NCBI GenBank assembly: GCA_964427175.1
Contig: CAYRTP010000002.1
Coordinates: 12,084-72,356 of the forward strand
Source of the DNA: an uncultured Clostridium sp.
GTDB lineage: Bacteria; Bacillota; Clostridia; Oscillospirales; CAG-272
DNA length: 60,273 nt
Direction: 5' to 3'
Shown: piece by piece, positions 35,283 through 44,566 of the stretch
Position numbering within the stretch: position 1 is the first letter of the stretch
How the letters are laid out: every line of letters begins with the position of its first letter
The notes under the pieces: model-generated
The model's database searches: none
What the model saw: only the letters and a program-made list of their open reading frames with translations
What the model was told of the DNA's origin: nothing
Position numbers and translations under genes: made by a program

Positions 35283-36398
35283 TTATGCCTGCTCTGCTGT
35301 CATGTCCCGAACGGCGAAGGGACGATAGGAGTCCAAAAGCTTCTGATATAAAGGATCATCCTCATAACGCGGGAAGCGGAAGCACTCGTCATTCTGCAAC
35401 CGCTCCAACAGCCACCATACTTCGTTGCATTTACTGCCGTTCCACGTGGTGGTCATGTCGAAGGTGTGCCCACGGAGTAACGGAGAGGTGTGGGTGACAA
35501 CGCTGAAGTTGCAGTCATCCGAGGCTTTCGCGTGTCGAAATGCGTTCGTCAGAGCCTCGATGGCGCGGATGGTCTGCTGTTCTTCGCTATACAGGCGAAA
35601 GAGCGCAAGATAGATCTCTAACATGGAGCTGTAACAGATTCCGTGGTCGAAATCCGGGTAGATGGCATCCGCCATGGTGCAAGCATTCTCCAAAATTTGG
35701 ATGCGGTCAGCCGTGGTCAAGGCGGTTCTGTCAACGGCGATGCAGCAGATCAGCCATAGCATACGCTCGGTGGCTCCCTCGATGAATGTGGCCATGGCAT
35801 GAAAATCCCGCTCGTCATCCCGGGGATAGATCATGCAGGCGGCAAATTCACGGCAAGCCTGCATATCCGGGAGCATCTGTACGCAGTCCATGGCCTGCCT
35901 GTAGTTGCCGCATTGACTGTACAGCTCCGAGAGATGCACAATAGCATCGGCACGGTACAGATCCTCGGTGCAGGTTTGGATGATGTACCGACAAAGACGC
36001 TCAATCTCGTTTTTGTTGGTCTGAATGTCTTCGGTATCGAAAAGGGAGTTGACGTATCGCAGGATGATGCGAACATCGAAGGGAAATTCGCGATAAGCCT
36101 CCCATGCCAGTTGACCGCCCGATTCATGGTCTCCCATGTGGCGGAAGTGGTCCAAACGGGTGAGGGTCTCTTGGATTTTCATTTCGCTTTTCTCCTGGTC
36201 CCGTCCCATGAGTATGTCCAGAGACACGTCAAAAAATTCGGCCAGGGGGATGAGGGTGGTAATGTCGGGATAGGCTTCTCCGCGCTCCCACTTGGAGACG
36301 GATTGGGGGGCAATATTCAGATGCTCAGCCAGCTTTTCCTGGGACATCCCGCGTTTGGTGCGTAGGTCTTTGATAATTTTTCCAATAGTCAGGTTCAT
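35283..36398 (-). CDS. XRE-family HTH transcriptional regulator with large helical (TPR-like) C-terminal domain
   Basis: IKDLRTKRGMSQEKLAEHLNIAPQSVSKWERGEAYPD; ~300 aa alpha-helical tail; AT-richer than its surroundings. Confidence 0.8.
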   Translation of the reverse strand: MNLTIGKIIKDLRTKRGMSQEKLAEHLNIAPQSVSKWERGEAYPDITTLIPLAEFFDVSLDILMGRDQEKSEMKIQETLTRLDHFRHMGDHESGGQLAWEAYREFPFDVRIILRYVNSLFDTEDIQTNKNEIERLCRYIIQTCTEDLYRADAIVHLSELYSQCGNYRQAMDCVQMLPDMQACREFAACMIYPRDDERDFHAMATFIEGATERMLWLICCIAVDRTALTTADRIQILENACTMADAIYPDFDHGICYSSMLEIYLALFRLYSEEQQTIRAIEALTNAFRHAKASDDCNFSVVTHTSPLLRGHTFDMTTTWNGSKCNEVWWLLERLQNDECFRFPRYEDDPLYQKLLDSYRPFAVRDMTAEQA

Positions 36399-36443
36399 AG
36401 TATCCTCCGAAAAAGGGAATCAGGTTGCGCATCCTGTGAGTAT

Positions 36444-36472
36444 AGTATAACCCAACTGTTCGGAAATGTCAA
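36444..36472 (-). promoter_or_regulatory. Promoter of HTH-TPR regulator
   Basis: Minus strand ttgaca, 17 nt, tatact. Confidence 0.7.
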
Positions 36473-36896
36473 TAACCGTTGAGGCGACTCGTCTCAACCG
36501 ACGGGCGAATACTCGTGGTTTGGTTGATAGGCTGAAAACAAATCGGGGCCATTCTACGGAATGAACCCGATTCATAATTTTTACTGCAGCCCCGGCATCT
36601 CCCGCACCATATTATCCAAAAGCTCCATCCGCCAAGCGATTCATTTTACGGAAGGCGGTTCTTGATTATTTGCCGATGGTTGCATTTATAATTTGGAAAT
36701 TTGCACGAAATTTTACAGATCAAACTTACAAATGCGACAATCCCCCTTGCAAGGTTTCACTTCGGATCGTGGATCGATCATATTCCCAAAACGATTGGGA
36801 ATCAATCAGGCAGGCCGCACCGAATATCCTGCCTGAAACACGATTTTCGGATGTCCTCTCGCGGCAACATTTTTCTCGGTTTTTCGCGAATAGATG

Positions 36897-36925
36897 TTGA
36901 CAATAGCCTATAATTCGTGTATAAT
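36897..36925 (+). promoter_or_regulatory. Promoter of the three-gene secreted-protein operon
   Basis: ttgaca, 17 nt, tataat. Confidence 0.7.
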
Positions 36926-36963
36926 GTTTATGATAAACCAAAAAGATTGAAGGAAACAAGTCT

Positions 36964-37503
36964 ATGAACCTAAGCAAAAAAGCCACAATGCTTATCATCA
37001 TCGTCCTTGCTTTGATCACCGTTGCCGCCGTATGTGTGACAATGTGGGCCTTATTCCTTCGAAAGCCATCCGAGGATGATCCGCCCATCCTCACCCCTGA
37101 TTACGCGCCGCAACAGAAGGAAGAAAATGCTGAGACTATCCCCAATGACACGGGTGACAAGATGGAACACCCCGAGGGCGGCGGTGCTGTCAGTTTGACC
37201 TACTCCAACCAGGTCACGATCGATCTGAGCGATAAAGCCGCGTCCCTCTATTTCGCAAATCCCGGCAGATCCCATCAAGATATGATTGTCCAAATTGCCA
37301 TTCAGGACACCATCATCCTGCAGTCAGGCACGCTGACCCCGGGGCATCAGATCAAACTATTGAAATTATTGGATGGGGCCGAAAAGATGCTCCAACCCGG
37401 TGGCTACGAGGGCAAATTTATTGTTCTCTATTACGACCCGACCACCGGCGAAAAAGCCATAGTCAACACAGAGATTCCCGTCACAATCAACGTGGTGGGA
37501 TGA
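36964..37503 (+). CDS. Signal-anchored small protein, unknown family (paralog of 39966-40514)
   Basis: N-terminal helix MLIIIVLALITVAAVCVTMWALFL; shared motifs ANPG, GTLTPG, YYDPTT. Confidence 0.6.
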   Translation: MNLSKKATMLIIIVLALITVAAVCVTMWALFLRKPSEDDPPILTPDYAPQQKEENAETIPNDTGDKMEHPEGGGAVSLTYSNQVTIDLSDKAASLYFANPGRSHQDMIVQIAIQDTIILQSGTLTPGHQIKLLKLLDGAEKMLQPGGYEGKFIVLYYDPTTGEKAIVNTEIPVTINVVG

Positions 37504-37557
37504 CGTGCGGGAATTTCACGCCCGCCCAAACGAAACACCGAAAGGAAAAACCCGTAC

Positions 37558-39927
37558 ATGAAGAAATTCTTATCGACACTTTTAGGATTCGTTCTTCTAT
37601 TCTCTCTCACCGTACCGGCCATAGCGTCAGGCATCATCGGAAGCACCGAGGGAGACGTCACCGCAAGCTTTAACCCCGATATTGCCATCACCGGTGTCAG
37701 CGTTGTCGGCGATACCGTCACCTATGATGCCGCGACCAAAACCTATACGGTGATGATCCCGATCGGGGCAGAGCTTGTTTCATACACGAAGGTGATCGAG
37801 GGAGCGAATTTGACATACATTCCCGAAAGTGATGAGACCTATTTCATTAAGGAGGTCGTTGGTACCCAAGAAAACAGCAAACCGATCGGTGCCGATATCG
37901 ACCAGGCTTACGATGAAGGAACCGGAACGCTTCGAATTGAAGGTGCGGTTTCCTCCGAGGATGCAAACACGTCTTCGAAATACGCCTTCTCCAATGACGG
38001 CGGCGAAACTTGGAGTGACCCTGTAACCATTGTAATCAAGCAGGCACACGCCATCACCGTAAACACCACCGCCAACGGAACCGTCACCGTTGGTGGTAAC
38101 AAGACCTCCGCCGTGGAGGGCGAGACAGTCGAGTTGTTCGTCAACGCCGCCGAAGGCTACGCGCTGGATACTTTGACTGTCACCGACGCGCACGGCGCCG
38201 ATGTGCCCGTCAGCGCAAACCACACCTTTACTATGCCCGCGTCCGACGTGACCGTCAGCGCGACCTTCAAGGTATCTGTCATCACCTACACGGTGACGAT
38301 TAACCCTGTGGAAAACGGAACCGTCTCCGCCAACAAGAGCGGCACTCACGCAGGCGACAACGTGACCCTGACCATCAGCCCCGGCAATGGTTACAGACTG
38401 CATAGCCTGACGATTACCGATTCGTCCAACGGCAGCGTACCTTACACCGACAGCTACTCCTTCGTTATGCCTGCCTCCAACGTCACCATCACCGCCACCT
38501 TTCAGGCCGTATACGCCATTACAACAGAAATCAACGGAGACGGCACCATCCAAACGCCCGCTATCGCAGCAGAAGGAGAGTCCGTCACGGTAACTTTGAA
38601 TCCGGCTGACGGCTATACACCCACGAATTTCAAGGTATTCAGCGGAGCGGAGCCTATTGCGCATAACCAGGTAAATGACACGACTTATTCTTTTAGAATG
38701 CCCAACAAAGCAGTTGTCATGTCTGTTGACTTTTTCCTTCCCGGCACCACGCTGGAAACCATCTACTATAAGGGATCTTGGACCAACGTTCTGTTCGAGT
38801 TCTTCAACTCCGCAGGCACCCAAACGGGAACGGCTACCGGCACCATGGCGGAAGCCGGTGTCTATGCGGTTACGGGAATTCCCGATTGGACCACCGTGAT
38901 CATTTTCCGAAATACGGACAACGCGGAGGAGTTCATTCGCCAAACCATTCCGACCAATGATCAAAATATGTACGATGCCGTCAACTCCGCATGGTCCACC
39001 TATGCCCCCTCCCAACCGCCCGAGGACACCGTTTCCGCTGAAATCACCTGGGGCAGTATGAGCTTCACATACGATGATACCATTGCCGAAGGCGCAATCG
39101 CAGAAAACGGGTGGACCAACGACGGCTCTGATGGCGCAGCCACCATTACCGTGAAGAACACAGGCGACACCGGGATCACCGTCAGCGTTTCTTACATCCC
39201 TGAAGGCACCTACTCCGGAATTAACGGAACCTTCGACTCAGACTCCGCCGACCTGGAGACCGCGGTTTCCCAAACCTTCACCCTGACCCTGAGCGGCAAA
39301 CCGAAAAAGGTGATTCCCGCAGGAACCAAAATCGGTCAGGTGACCATCACCATCACAGCGTCTCCCAATCAAGACAATGACCCCCAGCTAACCGGCATTA
39401 CGACCCCTGAAGCCTTGGCGGAGGCTATCGCCGCAGGCGGGGATATTAAGTTGGGTGGGGATATGACTATCGAAACCCTCTCGATCTCAAATTCGGTAAA
39501 TATTGATCTGGGCGGACACACCTTAACCACAGAATTAACCATAAAGAGCGGGGCAGCTCTGCACCTTTCAGGCGGCACCATCAGAGGAAGCAACACCACC
39601 GCTGTGCGGAACGATGGAGGAACCGTTCACATTGAAGACTGTATATTGATCGCACCCAGAAATGCGTTTTACCATACACAGGGTACTTCCACATTACAAA
39701 ATTGCGAGATACATGGTTATGTAGAAGTTGCTTCCATTCAACAGACTGATGTAATAATGCTGAAACCGATCGTCTGGCGTTCCGGTACAGGTTCCACGGA
39801 TTATACAGGAATGCACGTATATTGGCAAGCCTCTGTCCTCTGCGACTTCGACCCCGCAGGCCATACTAACGGCACCGTCACCCAAAATCTTACCGACGGC
39901 ACCTGGACGGTCACCGCCGTCTCATAA
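37558..39927 (+). CDS. Secreted multidomain protein: signal peptide, three InlB-B-repeat-like modules, CBM-like module, C-terminal beta-helix-like region
   Basis: MKKFLSTLLGFVLLFSLTVPAIA signal. Repeats end in MPASDVTVSATF / MPASNVTITATF / MPNKAVVMSVDF. Confidence 0.7.
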   Translation: MKKFLSTLLGFVLLFSLTVPAIASGIIGSTEGDVTASFNPDIAITGVSVVGDTVTYDAATKTYTVMIPIGAELVSYTKVIEGANLTYIPESDETYFIKEVVGTQENSKPIGADIDQAYDEGTGTLRIEGAVSSEDANTSSKYAFSNDGGETWSDPVTIVIKQAHAITVNTTANGTVTVGGNKTSAVEGETVELFVNAAEGYALDTLTVTDAHGADVPVSANHTFTMPASDVTVSATFKVSVITYTVTINPVENGTVSANKSGTHAGDNVTLTISPGNGYRLHSLTITDSSNGSVPYTDSYSFVMPASNVTITATFQAVYAITTEINGDGTIQTPAIAAEGESVTVTLNPADGYTPTNFKVFSGAEPIAHNQVNDTTYSFRMPNKAVVMSVDFFLPGTTLETIYYKGSWTNVLFEFFNSAGTQTGTATGTMAEAGVYAVTGIPDWTTVIIFRNTDNAEEFIRQTIPTNDQNMYDAVNSAWSTYAPSQPPEDTVSAEITWGSMSFTYDDTIAEGAIAENGWTNDGSDGAATITVKNTGDTGITVSVSYIPEGTYSGINGTFDSDSADLETAVSQTFTLTLSGKPKKVIPAGTKIGQVTITITASPNQDNDPQLTGITTPEALAEAIAAGGDIKLGGDMTIETLSISNSVNIDLGGHTLTTELTIKSGAALHLSGGTIRGSNTTAVRNDGGTVHIEDCILIAPRNAFYHTQGTSTLQNCEIHGYVEVASIQQTDVIMLKPIVWRSGTGSTDYTGMHVYWQASVLCDFDPAGHTNGTVTQNLTDGTWTVTAVS
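38047..38733 (+). repeat. Three tandem ~73-codon coding repeats (InlB B-repeat-like) inside 37558-39927
   Basis: aa 164-237, 243-315 and 319-392 share NGTV…G..V.L…GY.L..L.V…F.MP...V.V.A.F. Confidence 0.75.
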
Positions 39928-39934
39928 CCCAAAA

Positions 39935-39965
39935 CGGTCAAGGCAGGATACTCCTGCCTTGACCG
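39935..39965 (+). terminator. 14-bp perfect hairpin between genes 2 and 3 of the operon (attenuator or terminator candidate)
   Basis: cggtcaaggcagga-tac-tcctgccttgaccg, followed by atgcttttcc. Confidence 0.5.
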
Positions 39966-40514
39966 ATGCTTTTCCCAAGAAAACGCGAAAGGAACGTCAC
40001 CGCTTTGAAACCGGAAACACGAAAAAAGAATTTCATATTGCCCCTGGCGGCTGTGCTGTGCGTCTTGTCTCTGATCGGGATGATATTTGCGTTGACTCGG
40101 CAAGATACGCGGGCTGAAACGGGTGAATTCGTTCCGCCGCCCTTTGATCCCGGCGCGGTGGTTGGTACACCCACCGTTCCGGATGGCTTAGGTTGGCAGA
40201 TGCTCGATGCCAAGGCCTATCAAGTCGGCATTTGCGGTAAGATCATTCCCCATGGCCATACCACTGATATATGGCTCTCGAATCCGCAAGGCAATTCTGT
40301 GTGGTTGAAGGTTCGCGTGTTAAACGAGAAAGGTAACCTCCTGGGCGAAACAGGCTTGATCAAGCCGGGCGAATATCTGCGATCCATCACACTGGACTCC
40401 GCCGCAAAGGCTGGGGAACCCATTGTATTGAAGATCATGGCCTATCAACCCGACACCTATTATTCCGAGGGGGCTGTATCGTTCCATACAACCATCGGCA
40501 AAAGCGGTCTTTAA
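39966..40514 (+). CDS. Signal-anchored small protein, paralog of 36964-37503
   Basis: ATG 39966 has no SD (TTG 40005 is the alternative). Helix ILPLAAVLCVLSLIGMIFAL; motifs SNPQG, GLIKPG, YQPDT. Confidence 0.55.
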   Translation: MLFPRKRERNVTALKPETRKKNFILPLAAVLCVLSLIGMIFALTRQDTRAETGEFVPPPFDPGAVVGTPTVPDGLGWQMLDAKAYQVGICGKIIPHGHTTDIWLSNPQGNSVWLKVRVLNEKGNLLGETGLIKPGEYLRSITLDSAAKAGEPIVLKIMAYQPDTYYSEGAVSFHTTIGKSGL

Positions 40515-40637
40515 GTATGCGAGGACTTTTTTTGAGGCTTTGCAGACCATTCAGCCGATCGCCGCTTCATAAAAAATACGGCACGAGCGGATTTATCTGA
40601 AACCATCTTTGATACGTACTTGTTTACCGGTATCGGA

Positions 40638-40667
40638 TAAAGAAAGCCGGGGCAAGTTGCCCCGGCT
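40638..40667 (-). terminator. Terminator of spoIVB
   Basis: agccggggc/gccccggct stem, then tttctttat on the minus strand. Confidence 0.75.
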
Positions 40668-40672
40668 ATGCT

Positions 40673-41788
40673 TTACCCCGCCAGATTTCCCATTTCATTC
40701 AACATATTTTCAATAAAGATCCCATACCCGCAGGTCGGATCGTTGATCAGCACGTGGGTCACCGCCCCCACCAGCTTGCCGTTCTGGATGACGGGGGAGC
40801 CGCTCATGCCCTGGACGATGCCGCCGGTCTTTTCGATCAGCGCGGGGTCGGTCACCGAGATGGTGAAGCACTTGGAGCCCGTGGCGGCGGGATCCACCGA
40901 GGTGATCTCGATTTTGTACCGCCCTACCTTTCCGTTGTCCAGGGTGCAGAGAATGGTGGCCTCGCCCTCGCGGACCTCCCCGCGGGTGCCGATGGGGAGC
41001 CGGTCCACCGCCTCGGCGGGCAGGGAAGCGAAGATGCCGTAGACTCCGCACTCGGTGTTCCCCAGCAGGGAGCCCGTTTTGCCCGGGGCGAAATAGCCCT
41101 TGATGGCTCCGGGCGCGCCTACCTCGCCCTTGTCGATCCCGCTGACGGTCACGTCGGTCACTTGGCCTTTTTGCATGGGGATCAGCTCACCCGTGTCACC
41201 GTCGCAGATGCCGTGGCCCAGGCCCGCAAAGGCGTTACTGCCCGGGATGATGAAGGTCACCGTCCCGATGCCCGCCCCGCTGTCCCGCACCCACAGGCCG
41301 GTCTTGTAGCGGTTCTCCGAAGCCGAGTAAGCGGGGGTGACGGATAGGGTCAGCTCGGTGGCGCGGGGCTCGCCCTCCCGCTTGGAGGCGGTGATGGTGG
41401 CCCCGTGGGTCATGCGCTTGATGGTCAGGGTCACGGGCTTGCCTCCCGATTCCTCGACCGCCTTGGTCAAGGTGGCCGCCCCCACGGGAGCCTTGCCATT
41501 GACCGCCGTGATGACGTCCCTCAGCTTGATCCCCGCGTTTTTGGCGGGATTGACGTGGCGGGTACCGCCGCCCCCCGACGTAACGTCTACGTCACAGAAT
41601 CCCACCACCAGAATCCCTTCTGTGTAGAATTTGACCCCAAAGGGCATACCGCCCACGTAGACCCGATCGGGCGTTTTCCCGCCGCCCGACTCTGCCTCGG
41701 GAGCGGCACCGACGGTGAGCGCACCTCCCGTAATCAGCAGAAGGACCGCCAGCAGGAGCGCCCATAGCTTGCTATATCTGTTCTTCAT
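40673..41788 (-). CDS. spoIVB: SpoIVB peptidase (S55), stage IV sporulation protein B
   Basis: PDRVYVGGMPFGVK, PDZ-like segment, GIGTVTF, GLGHGI, IVQGMSGSPVIQNGKLVGAVTHV. Confidence 0.88.
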   Translation of the reverse strand: MKNRYSKLWALLLAVLLLITGGALTVGAAPEAESGGGKTPDRVYVGGMPFGVKFYTEGILVVGFCDVDVTSGGGGTRHVNPAKNAGIKLRDVITAVNGKAPVGAATLTKAVEESGGKPVTLTIKRMTHGATITASKREGEPRATELTLSVTPAYSASENRYKTGLWVRDSGAGIGTVTFIIPGSNAFAGLGHGICDGDTGELIPMQKGQVTDVTVSGIDKGEVGAPGAIKGYFAPGKTGSLLGNTECGVYGIFASLPAEAVDRLPIGTRGEVREGEATILCTLDNGKVGRYKIEITSVDPAATGSKCFTISVTDPALIEKTGGIVQGMSGSPVIQNGKLVGAVTHVLINDPTCGYGIFIENMLNEMGNLAG

Positions 41789-42021
41789 TTCCGAAATCCT
41801 CTTTGAAAGCTGTTTTGGTCCGGCCTAAGCCTGTGACTCGGGCCGCGGCGTAAGACTTGCCGTAGTTACTATGTGCCGAAACTGCCGCCGTCATGTGTAA
41901 CAGATTCTGCGGGCTTGGGGAAAAAGAGTCAACGCGCGGATTGATTTCATTTTATAACAACAGTATGCGGCGACAAACCCGCCGTGATTCCTTGGTTTTT
42001 TGCCATTATTTGCATCAATTT

Positions 42022-42100
42022 ATAAAAGTTTTTGGGATTCCAAAGGACTCTTTTTCAAAAAGTCCTTTGGCGGGTCCGGGGCGGTGCCCTGGCGCTCCCC
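42022..42100 (+). repeat. REP family 2, copy d
   Basis: aaagtttttgggattc + ccaaaggactctttttcaaaaagtcctttgg + cgggtccggggcggtgccctgg. Confidence 0.85.
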
Positions 42101-42121
42101 CGCCCCCCGAAAGGAGTTGTC

Positions 42122-43021
42122 ATGCCCCCTAAACTCATACCCGTTGAAGGTGCCGTCACCCCCGCTGAGGTTGCTCGGTTCGGCGAGATCGCCGACGAGG
42201 TGATCACCTCCCCCAAATACCGCCTGGCAGGGAAGTTAGCCTCGGTCGCCGATGACGGCTCACCCCATATCGGTACCCTGCGGGAAAAGCGGCTCCACGC
42301 CGCCATTAAGCTCTACCTCTGCCCCGACGAGACCTGCCACGAGCGTCCCGTGGCGGACCTGCTGGCCTCGGCCGACGGGGAAGCACCCGACAAAAAACGC
42401 CGTATGGTGGCGGATATCCTCACAGAAGGCCGCATTTTTGAGGTCCAGACAGGGGGATTCTTCCCGCTGAAGGAGAAAATTTCCTGGTATCTGACCCACA
42501 CCCCCTGCCGCATCACCGTGGTCCACCCCATCCCCGCGGTGCGCTACCTGTCCTGGATCAACCCCGAGGACGGTTCCATCATCAGCCGCCGTAAATCCCC
42601 CAAGCGAGGGCGGGTCCGCGACGTGGCCAAGGAGCTCTACTGGCTGTCCGAGTTCGTGGGTAACCCCCGATTCTCCCTGCGCCTGCTTCTCATCGAGCTG
42701 GAGGAGTACCGCATGGCCGACGGTTGGAGCCGTGACGGCAAGCGGGGTTCCAACCGCTACGAGCGGTTTCCCACCGCCCTTTTGGGGGACGTGACCCTGG
42801 AGACCCCTGCCGATTACGCCGCATACTTTCTGCCGTCTACCCTGGCGGACTTTCCCAACGAGGACGGGGAATACCCCCTGTTCACCGCCGCTGAGTACGC
42901 CAAGCTCACGGGCATCCGCGGTAAGGCCACCTACAGCACCATCCACCTGTTGGAGCACCTGGGACTCATTGCCGAGACTGAGGAGCGGGTGGGGAGGAGT
43001 AAGACCTATCGGAAGGTGTAA
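42122..43021 (+). CDS. Hypothetical protein with PD-(D/E)XK-nuclease-like core and C-terminal winged-helix-like tail
   Basis: RBS aaaggag. VADILTEGRIFEVQTG resembles a D…E.Q/K nuclease motif; tail TAAEYAKLTGIRGKATYSTIHLLEHLGLI. Confidence 0.4.
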   Translation: MPPKLIPVEGAVTPAEVARFGEIADEVITSPKYRLAGKLASVADDGSPHIGTLREKRLHAAIKLYLCPDETCHERPVADLLASADGEAPDKKRRMVADILTEGRIFEVQTGGFFPLKEKISWYLTHTPCRITVVHPIPAVRYLSWINPEDGSIISRRKSPKRGRVRDVAKELYWLSEFVGNPRFSLRLLLIELEEYRMADGWSRDGKRGSNRYERFPTALLGDVTLETPADYAAYFLPSTLADFPNEDGEYPLFTAAEYAKLTGIRGKATYSTIHLLEHLGLIAETEERVGRSKTYRKV

Positions 43022-43023
43022 AA

Positions 43024-43068
43024 ACACCCGCATTTCAGAAAATCCCTGAAATGCGGGTGTTCTTTTTT
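43024..43068. terminator. Bidirectional terminator between convergent genes
   Basis: acacccgcatttcag/ctgaaatgcgggtgt 15-bp stem, tctttttt after and aaaa before. Confidence 0.85.
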
Positions 43069-43069
43069 G

Positions 43070-43783
43070 TCAGGCCAGCAGGCTTTCGATAAAGGCGTTC
43101 AACTCCTCAAATCCTCCGTGCGGATAATCGTTCACGTCCGCTCCGGGAGTATTGATGAGGCAGTCGGTGAGCAGGAAGCCGCGCAGTCCTGCCTGCGCGC
43201 CCGCGATCATGTCCTCGGCTACGTCGTTGCCCACCATGATGCAGTCGGCGGGATCAAGACCCTGCCGTTCCAGGACGGTGCGGTAGTAGTCGGGATTGGG
43301 CTTGCAGGTGCCGATGTCCTCATAGGTGGTGTAGAGCTCGAAATCCTCGGGCTCCATCCCCGCCCAGCGGATGCGCTTTTGGGTGGCGATGCGGGGGAAC
43401 AGGGGATTGGTGGCCAAAATCACGCGGATGCCCCGCGCCTTGAGGGAGTAGACCAGCTCGGCGGCCTTGGGGTTGAACCCGCAGGTGGGGGCCACCTCGT
43501 CGAACTCGTTTTCGTAGAAGTCCTCAAAGACCGACATATGGTTCAGGATCTCCTTGCCGCTGATCGCGGTGTAGGCATCCCAGTAGGCTTCCTCGTTGGT
43601 GCGGGTCCCGTCATTGGAAACCATCGCGTCGATGCCCGCCTGCATGGAGGCCAGGAAGCATTCGGGGGTGTAGCCCAAGGGGGCCAGGCGGCGGATGAGA
43701 CGGCTGAAGTAGTCCTTCATGAACCGCTTTTGGTCCATGGGGAGCAGGGTTCCGTCCAGGTCGAAGAGTACGGCTTTGAGCAT
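43070..43783 (-). CDS. HAD-superfamily hydrolase
   Basis: MLKAVLFDLDGTLL motif I; VGNDVAEDM motif IV-like. Confidence 0.8.
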   Translation of the reverse strand: MLKAVLFDLDGTLLPMDQKRFMKDYFSRLIRRLAPLGYTPECFLASMQAGIDAMVSNDGTRTNEEAYWDAYTAISGKEILNHMSVFEDFYENEFDEVAPTCGFNPKAAELVYSLKARGIRVILATNPLFPRIATQKRIRWAGMEPEDFELYTTYEDIGTCKPNPDYYRTVLERQGLDPADCIMVGNDVAEDMIAGAQAGLRGFLLTDCLINTPGADVNDYPHGGFEELNAFIESLLA

Positions 43784-43903
43784 GGTGTGCTCCTTTCAAG
43801 TGGTGTGTATGAGGGTATTATACACCATTTTTCGGAGGTTGTCAAGCACCTGTTTTGCGAATCGGGGATGGATCGGATTTCAAAGCCGTCCGTGAGAACC
43901 TGC

Positions 43904-44545
43904 TTATCGGCGGATGCGGTTTTCCGCCCAGGTTTTGTGGGCGTAGACCCGCACGAAATACGTAAAGGCAAACATGATACCAAGACCCAGCACGAGCCCG
44001 ATCCATGCATTTTGGAAGGGCTCACACAAGCCAATGAAGCCCACGAAGAACTGCTCCAATCCCCATGCGCCGGCGTAGCCGAAGCCTATACCCGACATGG
44101 AGAGGGAGACGGTGTAGAAGATGGTGGGAATCATCCACAAAATGCCGGTGGATAGTGTGCAGACCAAGCTCTCCACGATGGCCAGTTTGCGGTAGCGGGC
44201 GATGCCCTCGGCCACATTTTCGGCGCCGCGGATCTCAACCGAGGTGGCCGCGAGGAAGGCGCGCTTGCGCTCGCTGTCCTTCAGATAGAATACGGCGACA
44301 ACCGTAGCGATCACCAGGACCGAAACCAAGCCGAACGCGAACATGGTCCAGCGGATGCGCGTGCTCAATCCGTCCCGCACCATGAGCTGTTCCACCGAGT
44401 TGCTGAGGAACAGCGTGTAAAACAGCCAGGTGACCGCGTGGTAGATCAGGATGAAAAACAGGTGTCGGATGGCGGTTCGCACGTGGTTGGTTTTTTCGGG
44501 CGTGTAGGTGGGGGCTTGGGGCTTGGATGTGTAATTTTGTTTCAT
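43904..44545 (-). CDS. Multi-pass membrane protein, unknown function
   Basis: Strong RBS aaaggagaa; several hydrophobic helices; no recognised family. Confidence 0.5.
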   Translation of the reverse strand: MKQNYTSKPQAPTYTPEKTNHVRTAIRHLFFILIYHAVTWLFYTLFLSNSVEQLMVRDGLSTRIRWTMFAFGLVSVLVIATVVAVFYLKDSERKRAFLAATSVEIRGAENVAEGIARYRKLAIVESLVCTLSTGILWMIPTIFYTVSLSMSGIGFGYAGAWGLEQFFVGFIGLCEPFQNAWIGLVLGLGIMFAFTYFVRVYAHKTWAENRIRR

Positions 44546-44566
44546 GGCTGTTTCTCCTTTCCTTTT

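Noticed and set aside
36399-36963. RNPP-type quorum-sensing propeptide gene next to the HTH-TPR regulator
   Set aside because: The small ORFs in the spacer (for example 36670-36900) lack SDs and signal-like N-termini, and one minus-strand candidate runs through the regulator promoter. Nothing convincing lies downstream of the regulator either.
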